From NCBI GenBank assembly GCA_020536535.1, contig JAHLWZ010000845.1, positions 1 to 64,000 of the forward strand: 64,000 nucleotides of DNA, written 5' to 3'. The position numbers and the translations under genes are program-made. Under the pieces are notes generated by a model. It saw only the letters and a program-made list of their open reading frames with translations. It was not told the origin of the DNA and searched no databases. Shown piece after piece: positions 49,962 through 62,553 of this stretch; the first letter of the stretch is position 1; each line of letters begins with the position of its first letter. Source of the stretch: Pelomyxa schiedti. Its lineage: Eukaryota; Protista; Evosea.

Positions 49962-51424
49962 ATGTCATTCTCTCCGCTCGTTGGTCCGTCGTCCAACGAC
50001 GCCAACTCGGCCCGGGCGGGATTCACCCTCACCCACAGGGACAACCCCACCAACGCCACTCCCACAATCGACACCAACCACTTCACCTACGGTGCCGTCA
50101 TCGACTACGGCGAGGACGACGACGACAACAACGATAACAACACAACACTCACCAACAGATTAAACATCAAGGACAGAAATATCTGCAACAACAGCAGCAG
50201 CAGCATCACCCGCGACAACAATGACAACACCAACAACAACAACAACAATGACAACGATCTAGGGCGCTCTCCCTCGTCGCTTGCGTCGATGCCAGCGGGA
50301 TCGCAGATAGTGGTGGTGCCGTCGTCGTACTTCCCGCCGCTGAGGCCCGAGCCGGACCAGATACTGGATCGGCTGTACCTGGGCGGGCAGAGCGACGCGT
50401 ACAACCCGGCCACGATCGCGAGGCTGGGCGTCACGCACGTGCTGACCGTGGCCATCGTCGAGGACTTTTACAAGTACCGGTCATGCTTCCCCCCTACGAT
50501 ACAATGCATGGTCGTATCGTATGCGAATGTGTGTTCCGATGTCCGCGTGTGTCTGTCTTCAGTCTGTTTCTGTTTCTGTTTCTGTTTCTGTTTCTGTTTC
50601 TGTTTCTGTTTCTGTTTCTGTTTCTACTTGTCTTGCTTGTATGTGTGTTCCTATTTTTTTTTTTTAGCTTGTACTTTTGTTGCTTGTTGCTTGTTTTGTT
50701 TGGAGAATGCATTGGAAGTGTTTTCATTCACACATACTTATGTGTCAGATAATACTATCTAGTAATAGCCACCTGAATAATACCGCGCAGAGTTTTTGAC
50801 CAAGACAATGAAAACATTGTTCAGTACTTCCCTCGCACTAATGCGTTCATTGATCACGGCCGTGCAAATGGAGTGGTGCTGGTGCACTGTGTGTGGGGCA
50901 TCTCACGCAGTGCTGCCTTTGTAATCGCATATGTAATGCACCATAGACGCATTGACTTCCACAGTGCTTTGGAATTTGTACGGCAAGCAAGACCCATTGT
51001 GCGACCCAATTTGGGTTTCAGAAAACAACTTGCTGAGTACGGCAAAGACATAGTCTTAGCTCAATTTTCTATTAGATATGTAACCAGGTATACATTGTCC
51101 CACTCTCAATTTCAACAAAAAATAAAGTAACACAACCAAACAAAACAAACATGAATAAACTCAACTCAATTACCCAGCTTTGGGCAAGAGCTCTACATTG
51201 TAGGCAGTATTCCAATACTTGGAATGTGGCACCCAACACCTGACAACAAAATGAAGTGGGGTGAAGGCAATGTATGGAGCATATCACTACCTGTATTAAA
51301 CCAGAAATTCGAGTATAAATACGTCATGGTGGATGTGGATGGGCATTTGATTTGGGAATCAAGCCCCAACCGCCTGTTTGATGGGAGCAAACGATTCATA
51401 AGAGATTATTGGAATTGTTGGTGA
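49962..51424 (+). CDS. dual-specificity phosphatase with C-terminal CBM20 starch/glycogen-binding module
   Basis: PDQILDRLYLGG..LGVTHVLTV..DQDNENIVQYF..VLVHCVWGISRSAAFVIAYVM..VRQARPIVRPNLGFRKQL; last exon FGQELYIVGSIPILGMW..MKWGEGNVWSISL..FEYKYV..IWESSPNR..DYW. Confidence 0.88.
50564..50625. repeat. intronic (CTGTTT)n hexanucleotide repeat, about 10 units
   Basis: Direct reading; lies inside the long intron of the DSP-CBM20 gene. Confidence 0.95.
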
Positions 51425-51679
51425 AGCCTCTCCTGTATGTAACCAAAAAATAATCATCTTTTTTTCCTTGTTGTTGGTTTGCTTTTTATTTAGAACCCTA
51501 GAGATACGCTAACGTGCTAACGTTGCTTTGGCGGTAGTTCCCTGCCCTCATGTCACCATCATCACACTTCGCGTATTGTACGCACTTTTTCGATTTTAGA
51601 ATAAAAAAAACCCGTTACCTTTTAGCCGACATAGATCTTGCGTTTGATTGTGATGGGTGGATGGTGTTCGACACCGGCC

Positions 51680-53861
51680 ATGGCGGACCAGCCCACGGCA
51701 TCCTCCAGTTCTGTTGTCGGGAAGCCGTTGTTGCAGCCTGACGGTGGTGAGACCGCCCACAAGGGCGAGCAGAAGGCCAAAGACGCGGAACTTGCTGAGC
51801 TCAGGGCGTCACTCTCGCACAGCGAGGTGAGGGTGGAGCAGTTGCGAGCGGAGGCGGAGACGGCCGGCGAGCGCATCGCCTCGTTGGGGCGAGAGCGCGA
51901 CGCGGCGTTGGCGGAGCTGGGGCAGGCTCGTTCGGCGTTGGGTGCGATGGAGCGAGAGCGGGATGCTGCTATCAGCGACCTCAAGAAGCCCTGCAACGGT
52001 TGTTCTTTGTACATTCAGCAGCGCGATAGAGCCATACAAGGCCAATCTGAGAGTGAAGCTCGATTGCAGCGTACAAATGAAGATTTGGCCGCAGCACTCA
52101 AAAAACTTGAGGAACTTCAGGCACAACACACACTACTGCAACTGCAAATCCAGCAACAAGCGCCAGCACCACAGTTGTCACCGAAATCAACACACTCCAC
52201 AAATTCACACGAAACTACAATTCCATCTTTGGAGATAGATGCAAGCCTATTGAATGGACTTGTTCTTCCCACCTTTACACAAGGTTTCACTCTCGTGAAA
52301 GTTTTTCCAATGTTAAGCTTTTATGTAGAAGCAACCACTGAAACAGGGTCCTTGAACCTTCCAGAAATATCCACACTCGACCTTCCTGACTTGGGCAAAC
52401 TAGCTGAATCTCTTGTACGCACTTCTTCCGGTCAGTCTGTGTACAACTCATATAAGTGATAGGATTTCCATCTACCCACAAATACTGCATCAAATGATTC
52501 CTCAGTGGTGCAATTCACAGTACCCTCAACCGAGGTTTTTTTTTTTGGCTGATAACTTTTTTTTAATTGTATTGAAGACGAACTCCACTCTTATGCATGG
52601 CATACATTGTTCTGAAAACATAAACTTAGCAGGACTTAAACGTCAAAAGAAAAAGCCAACCTACCCATCTGGTAAACTAGAAATGGAGGTATTAATTTTA
52701 TTTTCTTGAGACTGGTAAATCAAGCTTTCTAGGACATGAATTTTTATGAATTTCCTTGGCAAGGCAACCCTGACCTTGCATTTATTGGCGTCTTTGATGG
52801 CTTTGCAGGTAATTTGTACTTGACTGAAATCTGTCTCATTACTATCTTGTATAGGAACTGGTGCTTCCAAGGCAGCAAAGGCCAAGCTTGCACCAGTTTG
52901 TATATAGATCAACAAATTGAATAAACATGACCAACTCACATAGCATCTGTACACAATGATAACCAGTGGACCACCAAAAAGTGATTATAGTGAGACCCTC
53001 ACCCAGTGTTTCCTTGAAGTAGACCACCAGTTTTTATTACTCTTAACAATGGCAGGTTGATCAACAACTCTCTGAAATGGAATACGAGGGCTGCACCTGC
53101 ACAGTTGTAATCATATGGCGTCATGAGGGTAACCGGTATTTACAAGCAGGTTTTTTCGCTTCCTTTATATTTGACGGAATCCAACATCTGTTCAGCCAAT
53201 ATCGGTGACTCCTCTGCCTACCTCTGGTATTTTCTTTGTATTAATATTCCTCATTACCAACCTGAGTTTACATCAAAGTCAAGCGGGCATTTCTGTGCCT
53301 TTAACATTTGACCATAAAGGTAAAACACTTCCCCATTTTACACTCTAAATCCATTCAGTCAGTACACCAGAAGAAAATGAGAGACTTGCAAAAACGGCGA
53401 AGGATTTTGAACCACATCAAACACGAATTTTCGGTTGTGTTGCAGGTATTAAAAACACGGAAATACGGTTATATATGGAGTAAGAACTTTTCTTAGTTGC
53501 CCGCGCACTGGGTACACATTTCATGAAACGGGAAGGCTTAGGCATTGTATGTTCACCCTCAATTATTGGACATTTCTTACCGTGGCACGTCAGATTGCCG
53601 AGCCATATCTGAGTCCTCCTATTTGCTTAAATCCAGACCATCAGTTTGTCATAGTGGCAAGTGACGGGGTATGCCGTCCGATTTCTTCTTCTTCTTCCCT
53701 TCTCATCACCTAAGTTGTGGGATGTAATGACTGGGCAAGATGTATGTGATTTGCTACAAGGCATGTCCGACCCCAAGGAAATGGCGTCCACGGTCATATC
53801 AACAGCGCTGAGAAACCCCAAATGCACTGACAACATCACTGTAGCCGTTGGTGCCCTGTAA
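51680..53861 (+). CDS. PP2C/PPM-family phosphatase with N-terminal coiled coil
   Basis: Heptad-rich N-terminus; EMED, GVFDGFAG, GCTCTVV, SANIGDSSAYL, VARALG, VASDG-LWDV, DNIT. Confidence 0.88.
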
Positions 53862-54071
53862 CAAAACAAAATCCCACACAAAAAAACCCCTGTTTGTGAG
53901 TCACCTCTGCTGCTTTAGGGGAGCTCTTCTTATCTCTTCCGCGTATGCCATCAACAGGGTCTTTATTTAGACACCCGGATACCAGATCAGTTTCTTTCCC
54001 TCGTTCGTACACAACATACAAGGACACCACCCCGGCTGCGTGCGTGTCGTGTTGCAATTAGAACAACAAAG

Positions 54072-55239
54072 ATGGTGGAGATCTTGGCATGGAACTGGAC
54101 CGCGTTCGCTACTTGTTACGTGTTTGTGTGGTTGATGGTACGTTTCGGTGTACCCACTGTTAATTGCAGTGCTTTTATTATTGGGATGTTTTAATGTTGA
54201 GCTCAAAGGTGTTTGTTTTTTTTTTTTTCCTATGTAGGAGTTGCTGGATAACACACAATTGATTCAAGTGTACTATAGCAGTAAGTATGGCAGGCAGTGG
54301 GTATTGGCTCTGGCATCTTGGACTGCTTTTCTGTGCACTGGGTTGATTGGAGCTTCTTTTTCAGGGCTTCGGTCGTTTTCGGTATTTTCCTCAGCTTGCT
54401 GTTTTGTTTGGCTATTATTTGGACTGAGGCATAATAAGGATAGCATCAGCAAAGTTTTTGAGTTGGTGTTCTCGTTGATTTTGTTTACACTGGGTATTAT
54501 CACCCTCAGTCACTCAGAGGTGATTGTTGCTGTGTGGGAAAAAATAACAGGATTCATTCAGCACAAGGTATTTCGTCTTTGTGTTTCCCCTATTGTTTCT
54601 TCAACTTACGTAGTTTAGTTTGCTGAACCTTTCCTTTACTCAATGGGTGAAACTGACACCTCCCACACCCAACTTGAAGAGACCAATGATGTAGAAATGG
54701 AGAGCCCAGAAGCTGCAGAAAAAGAAAAAGAAAAAGGAAAGGAAAAAGATTCGGAACAAGGTGACATTGAAGAGCAGGCTGACAAAGACAAAGAAAAAGA
54801 AACAGTAAAAGAGAACACAAAACCTGACATGGCAGAGAGGCGAATGCACATCCCAATATGGAAACTTTTTATTCTGGTATTTGTCACAGTCTTTCTACTG
54901 GAACTTCCTGATAAGACCATGCTTATGATTGCCTCCTTAGGTGCGTTTCTTTCGCAATTTGTTGGCTATTAATTAGACAAAACAGCACAATCATCTGATT
55001 ATCCCACAAGTATATTTGTGGGTTATTCAGCTGCCATGGTAACGCAGTCAGTCATTGCGCTAATTATTGGCAAAGGCATATCCAAGGGAGCAAATAGATT
55101 TGGGAAATACATTGAAGTAATGGTGGGCCTCATACTATTTATCACAGGGACAACCAAGCTAAGTCTGATGATTTTCGTTGGCGAATACAGGTTCATAACC
55201 CTCTCTCCACACGTGGTCACTCATGCCACACAGCCTTGA
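54072..55239 (+). CDS. GDT1/TMEM165 (UPF0016) family cation/H+ antiporter-like, non-canonical motifs
   Basis: Two three-helix repeats separated by an acidic/charged loop; motif positions read M-ELLDNTQ and LELPDKTM. Confidence 0.72.
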
Positions 55240-55455
55240 TGACATATTCGGTCATGATAGCTCCAGCTCTGCCTTCAACATGTCACTCTCTATTGCCGCC
55301 TCTGCTCTCACCCAGTCCTTCTCCTCACACTCCTAAGCTACCACAAACACCACACCTATCTAACAATAAATTCCCGCCGGTAATAGTATTTTCCTTATCC
55401 CACTTGCCTGTTTACAAACCTTTCTTTTCTTTTAACCTAAGTCCACGCACCCACG

Positions 55456-57158
55456 ATGCGCCCGTTTTTAAAGCTGTCGTTGCTCACGATGTTGGTGTGT
55501 CCGGGGGTTGTGGCTCGGTCTCCATTGTCGTCGGTGGACCCACGCCGTGACTCTGTGAAGCAGGTCGTAATTGTGGGATGGGATGTTTTGTTGTTGTGCT
55601 TTGGTGCCAAAAACATTCGTATTAAACCAATAGCATATGAACCATCTCCAACAAACAAAAAAAGGCCATGGTGCACTCTTGGAATAACTACAAAGAGTAT
55701 GGGTGGGGAATGGATAGTATGAAAAGTGTGTCAAAGACGGGTTACAACTGGCTGTGGATGAATTTGACAATTGTGGACAGTTTGGACACTTTGTGGGTTA
55801 TGGGAATGGAGGAGGAGTTCAATGAGGCCAAGGCCGCCATTGCTGATTTTAACTTTGATCCTGTGAGTTAAGTTGGTTTCCAAGTTTAGTCCAGTGACCC
55901 AAATGTACTTATGCCTCTATAAAGGATGTATATGATTCACTTTTCGATGTAACCATGAGAATTATTGGAGGCTTGTTGAGTTCGCATTCCCTTACAAATG
56001 ATGCATTTTTCCTTGCTAAAGCAGAAGATCTGGAAAGGAGGCTCCTCTCAGCCTATAACACTCCTTCTGGGATACCATACAATGACATTAACCCCAAGAC
56101 GTAAGTCGAATTTAGCATCGCTGACCATTGACACTGGGTACTACAGATCTGCCATTCGAGCCGGTAATACGAACCTTGCCCAAGCAGGGACTTGTCTCCT
56201 CGAGTTGTATTACCTATCTAAGCACACAGGTGACTCCATTTTTGCAGACACTGCGGCCAATGTTGTGAATGCCATTGTGGCCATGCCGCACAGCATTCCT
56301 GCTTTGTATCCCATTTACATTGACCCTGTGAACGGTGTACCAACAAGTGACACGGTATCTCTGGACAGCTGTGGTGATAGCTTCTATGAGTACCTAGTAA
56401 AGACATGGGTACTACTTGGAGGTCCGGAATCAACAAGTGAGGATGCTGGCAAGTACCGCGGGATGTGGGATGACTCCATGGATACTGCACTGCAGTTACT
56501 AGTAAAAAGCAGTACCCCATCACAGTACGTATACACAACCAGCATGACATCTGGAGTACAAGATGATGTTATGGGCCATTTGGGATGTTACGCGGCCGGA
56601 ATGTTTGCCCTTGGAGCCGTGGCCTACAACGATAGCACTATTAATGGAAATCACAACAGTGCTCTATACTTCAAAACTGGGGAAGAGCTAGCTCGCACTT
56701 GCCATGCAACTTACGCAAGCACCAAGACAGAAATTGGTCCGGAACAGTTCCACTTTGTTTCCGGCAGCGATTTCGAAATCAAGTCGCCTGGATACTACCT
56801 CAGACCCGAGGTTGTAGAGGGCTACTTCTACATGTACCGCTACACACACGACCAAACGTATAGAGAATGGGGATGGGATGCTTTTGTTGCCATCAACAGC
56901 ACATGTTATGCACCAGCGGGATATAGCAGCATTGACAATGTTGACAGCAGAAACCCCAAGCTTCTTGATGACCAAGACCCTTACTTCCTTGCCGAAACTC
57001 TCAAGGTTTGTTTTTTCCCCCCAACACCTCCTCGCTCCCATAATCCGCACTAACGAGGCCAACAGTACCTGTATCTGCTGTTCTCTGAGGATGAATTGCT
57101 ACCCTTGGACCAGTACGTCTTCACAACCGAGAGCCACCCTCTTGCCATCTTCTCGTAA
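55456..57158 (+). CDS. class I alpha-1,2-mannosidase (GH47)
   Basis: Signal/anchor; AMVHSWNNYKEYGWG, LTIVDSLDTLWVMG, RIIGGLLS, TPSGIPY, DSFYEYLVK, GPE, YLRPEVVE, LAETLK-YLYLLF, FTTESHP. Confidence 0.92.
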
Positions 57159-57467
57159 CTTCTAGAAGAACCTTACACCCGTGTTCATCAACAAGGTGTC
57201 ATTTCAATTAAGAGCGTTTATGGCTTACAGTCGGGTTAGAAACCTGGGGAAACGAAATTTTACTGGACCTGCTTCACAGGGTACGGGCCCTTCTGGAAGC
57301 TGTTGTGCCTGTCTCAGTGCACTGATTTCAGATGGGTTCACGGTGTACTTCTATTTTTGTTTTTGATTTTCCGGGACGCGAAACCCAACAAATCTTTGTT
57401 CAACGGATCTTGCCTCTACAAACAATCGTCGTTCATCAATCAATTCCCCAATTAATTGCAATTACCC

Positions 57468-60400
57468 ATGTCTGGTGCTGCTGTGGGGTGCCGTGTGTCA
57501 TCGGATGTAGGAGGCACATTTACGGACGTGGCGGTGGTTGGCCGGGATGGCCGGTTGGTTGTGAGCAAATCACCGTCTACACCTTCGGATTTCAGCCAGG
57601 GCGTGATGGCCGCCGTAGATCTGGCGAGATCTGACCTCAGAGACCCAGAAGCACCCACGGATTTCTTCGTTCACGGAGCAACGGTGTTTTTTTTTTCTTC
57701 CCCTTTGGCTATCTTGTTGGATTTCTTGTTGGTGCTACGTGGTTTATGTCTTTTCAGGAATACTAATATAACTCCTCGTTGGTGAAAAGGTTGTGATCAA
57801 TGCATTGACTGAGCGAAAAGGTGCTAAGACTGGTTTAATCACAACAAAGGTAGTGTTTCTTTTAGTGCTTCAGAAACAAGTGATATGCACAAATAGGGCT
57901 TCAGAGACGTTCTTGAAATTACAAGGGCTAATCGCCCCGACCTTTTTAATATGATGTTTGAGAAGCCCATCCCTTTCGTTCCACGGCGTCTACGTGTTGA
58001 AGTCGAAGAACGCATTGACTACAAAGGACGCGTAGTGAAGCCATTACAAGAAGCTTCTGTAACAAGTGCAATTAACAAATTATTGTCTGAAGGAGTTGAG
58101 AGTATAGCAGTGTGTTTACTGCATTCCTATGTGTATCCAGACCATGAAAAGAAGGTAAGTGTGCATATTTGTTCAACAAGAGTGTAATAGCTACAGATAG
58201 GAGAACTTATTTCCAAGATGGCACCGAATCTCCCTTTCACTCTTTCGTGTGCTGTTTCTCGAGAGTGGCGCGAGTATGAGAGAACAAGTACCACAGTTCT
58301 CAATAGTTTTGTTCTTCCAGTCGCTGGAAAATACCTGGGCGCAATGGTGCTTCCCACTACATACAATTTTGATCATCTAACATGTGGCAGGAGGAAACTC
58401 TCCATAACAAGTGCAGGATACCCCTCGGAGGTACATTTCATTTAGTGTTACTATTCCCTCAGTTTCCTTTTAATCCAGCCTTGCATGTCATGCAGTCAAA
58501 TGGAGGATGCACAACTTTCACGTCTGCAAAGCATACACCCATAAGTAATCTACCACGTAACATTTTGGTGTTTCACGGTTTCCAGGTATGGTTGAATCTG
58601 GCCCAGTAGCTGGTGTTATAGGATCAGCATTTATAGCTTCATTAGTTGGGGAGTCTTCTGTTATATCTTTTGATGTTGGTGAGTTTGTGCAAATGTCTTT
58701 TCCATATAAATATCCCAAATGGGAAACAGAACTAAATGGGCCACAGGTGGAACGACGGCTAAAACTTCGCTAGTTCAAGATGGCATCCCAAATCTTATTA
58801 CGGAATATAAAATCGAGCGGGACAGGGAACATCAAGGATATCCCATTCAAGTGCTAATTCCCTTTCCTTTTGCTTTCCTCATCCTGCGAAGGTTCCTACA
58901 GTTGACATTGTGGAGATAGGCTCAGGGGGAGGGTCTATTGCTTTCTGGGACACAACCACGAATGTTTTGCGAGTTGGGGAACAGAGTGCTGGGGCAGTTC
59001 CCGGTCCAGCTTGTTACAATTTTGGCGGCACTCAGCCGACTATCACCGACGCAAATCTCATCATTGGACGGCTGAATCCTGACTACTTTGTGGGAGGACA
59101 GGTATTCCCCTTCACATTTGTTCGTTGATGACTTTATAAGATGAGAATTGATGTTGAACGATCCAGGCGGGCTATTGAACCAATTGCGCAGCATGCTGGG
59201 GTGTCAATTGAGGAAGCAGCACTTGGAATCATTCAGCTTTCAGATGCAAAAAAAGTCAATATGATAAAGCTCATTTCTGTACAGAGAGGGTAGATCTTCT
59301 ACCAAAAATTTTTTATCTGAATTATTCATTTTTTCTGGCAGAATTGATCCCCGTAACTGCTGCCTTATCTGTCACGGTGGTGGAGGACCAGTCCATGCAG
59401 CAGCTATGGCAAGAGAGCTCAGATGCAAAAAGGTTATTGTCCCACCAAATCCTGGTGTATTCTCCGCAGTGGCAATGTTGATGCTCGATATACGTCATGA
59501 CACTATAGTTACAGGGATACGCCCCACACGAAATGTACAGCTACATTTTCCTGTAAGGTCTAATGTCCACCCCCTTGTAGGTAGACCTCTCAGAACTGAA
59601 CGATCGCTATATTGCCATGCAAAAAGAGCTTGAAAGCCTTTTGCTTTTGGAAAATGTTAGTCCAGAAAACATTTCCTTTCTCAGATTTTGTGATATGCGA
59701 TATAAAGGGCAAGAGCACTGTGTTAAAGTAACATAATCTTCTTATTTACTTTCTTTGACACAAGGAAGGTCCCATTCCCTTCTGGTACCATAACAGCAGA
59801 GGCTATACATCAAATGAATGAAAAGTTTCACACAATGCACTTGGAAAAGTACACCTTCAAACTCTCTCAGGACACTGAATTTGTTAACTACCACGTTACC
59901 GCAATTGGGAAGGTGTCGAACCTCAAATTCACTGAAGGTTCAATTCCAGGTGTTACCCTTTAACCACTCATTTCTTCCAGTTACTGGGGGTACCACACTT
60001 ACGATTGAGGGAGCTTTCAAGGGCGAACGTGGAGTGTGGTTTGAAGGTTACGGTTGTGTTCCCACCAAAGTGTATCAAAGAGAAAAACTACCACTCGCTT
60101 TGGATATTCACGGTCCTGTAATCATTGAAGAACATACTAGCTCGACAATTGTCTATCCAGACCAGATAGTTAGGCGTGACAACTACGGATTCTTACATCT
60201 TCAAGCTGATGCAAGTATGTGATTACTACCAAGGTTTTCTTTTTACGGAATTTTCCAGGCTGCGTCACAAGCTCCTTACCGAAAGCAGTCGAATCCATGG
60301 ATAAATTTATCTTCGAAATTATACAAGAATCTATCACAGCAATTAGTGATGAAATGTTCCTTCACATGAAACTTACCAGCATGAGCACCATTATATATGA

Positions 60401-62477
60401 GGTTGATTTTGTCTCCAAGTCACCCTAATGACAGTGTAGGTTCTCGATTTTGCAACAGGCCTCATTGATGCAAACGGAAACATGATAACGCAGGGAAATG
60501 GAGTTGCTGGCTTTCTCGGAACTCTCACATTTGCCGTTCGTTCCGTACTTGCGAAGTTTGCTGGAAAGCTTCTTCCAGGTGACGTGATTATATCAAACAA
60601 TCCATATGATGGCGGTGGCACTCACCTTTCTGATGTCACACTTATCAAACCGATATTTTTTGAAAATAAGCTTGTTTGCTTCGCAGCTAACAAGGTATAG
60701 TATGGTACTACCTTTCAGTATCTAACAGTGATGTTAGGCTCATTGGTCAGAGGTACAGTAGTCAGACACATTGTTTATCTCAACATATAAAGGTTGGTGG
60801 GATGTGCCCAGGTAGCTGGACAACTAATTCTACTGATATCTGGCAGGAGGGATTACACTTCCCTTGCATTAAATTGTACAATCAGGTAACCACTGCGCAT
60901 GGAGTGCCCAAACTAAAACTCCTAGGGTATACCCAATGAGAGTCTTCTGGATTTAATCAAAGTTAATGTCCGCACACCAGAAGCCAGTATTGGGGACATG
61001 ATGGTACTAAATGGCACTACACGTCTATGTAACGTTCTTTAGGCACAAGTTTCTTCCTTGAGTATTGCTGAATCAAGGTTCACTGAACTGTGCCAGAGAT
61101 ACACATGGGCAGTCGTTGACCAAGCTGTAAAATCCCTTTTAACCCAAGGGGAACTATTAACAAGGGAAGCCTTAGCCAAAGTTACTCCGGGTGACTACTA
61201 CTCTGAAGATTGGATGTAACTCTCAATACACTTACTTTACTTAGCCTAACTGTCATCAAAAACAAGAGACGACGATGGACTCGGAAATGGTCCCTTTAAA
61301 CTCTGTGTGAAAGTGAAAATTACCCCAGAAAAGTTTATTTGTGATTTCACGGGTTGCCCACCTCCTGTTCCGGGCCCAATAAACACAGGAATGTCAGCAC
61401 TTGCAGCAGCTGTAAGATGCCTGTACATGGCAACCGTTAAACCCAAGGTACCTTTACTTTCTTCCGCTCTATGTGCATAAGAACATGTATAGATACGTGT
61501 GAACGAAGGTTGCTTTGCGCCACTCGAGATCATTTGCCCTAAAAACACACTTCTGAGCGCCAGTGCCCCTGCTCCGGTTTCCACTTACTGGGAAACTGTA
61601 CCTTTCCCTCTCAACAAGAATTTCTTATTAAATATTATTTAGATGGATTTTGGTGCTGATCTTGTGTGGAAAGCACTTGCACCCTCCATGCCCACAAAAC
61701 TTCCTGCTGGGCATTTCCTTTCGGTCTGCGGTACCATCATCTCTGGCATACATCCTGATACAGGTTCCTTAATGTCTATGATCTCTGGTACTTATATTCG
61801 CAGGGGAACTATTTATCCTGGTAGAACCTCAGATTGGTGGTTGGGGGGCAGCTGCAAACCGCGATGGGCAAAATGCGCTTGTATGTATTGGTGATGGGGA
61901 AACATACATTATTCCTGTTGAGATTTGTGAAATGAGGTATCTATCTTTGCCTTAAAAATAACCCAGCTTAAACAACACAGGTACGGTGTAATGGTGGCGC
62001 AACTTGCACTAGTAACTCCTGACGGTGGCTGTGGCTCTGGCCAGTTTAGAGTTACCCACCTTGACGGTGTAGTATATTTTGACTCTTTCAACAGGGTGGA
62101 AATGGTGTTGTGAGGGAATACACTATCACCGCCAAAGAAGCAAACGTCACAGGCACCTTTGGGCGATTCAAGTACCCACCTTGGGGAATGCATGGTGGAT
62201 CACAAGGCGGTATCAACTGCATGATATTCAAGCAAACAGGCAAACCTGCCGAGGTACGCCCTTGCACCTTCTGGAACTAATTCTAACTGAGAAACAGGTG
62301 ACTGGAAAAGCAGCTAACCGCAGAGTTCTACAAGGAGAATCTGTTGAAATGGTCACAGGCTGTGGAGGAGGCTATGGTGATCCACTCAGAAGGGACAGGC
62401 AGGCAATTGCTGAAGACATTTCAAATGGTTACATTACACTCCAGCAAGCAACAGACATATACCACTACACTCCATAA
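57468..62477 (+). CDS. fused hydantoinase/oxoprolinase A+B (N-methylhydantoinase / 5-oxoprolinase-like), many introns
   Basis: A part: DVGGTFTD, HGAT-VVINALTERKGAKTGLITTK-GFRDVLEI, ESGPVAG, DVG-GTTAK, EIGSGGGSI, SAGAVPGPACY, PTITDANL, GGGGPVHA, GVFSA. B part: IYE-VLDFATG, NNPYDGGGTHLSD, HWSE-VGG, GGWGA, GCGGGYGDP. Confidence 0.93.
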
Positions 62478-62553
62478 AAGCTTGTTATGTGGTTTCGTGA
62501 TAAATAAACTTGTGGTTTGGACCACCATTTTTTTGAGAGACTTCATTTTTGAA

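Noticed and set aside
50483-50762. (FC)n / (FL)n / (RN)n peptides
   Set aside because: Translations of an intronic (CTGTTT)n repeat.
57468-62477. Bacterial contamination as the source of the hydantoinase
   Set aside because: Interrupted by many spliceosomal-type introns and flanked by eukaryotic genes.
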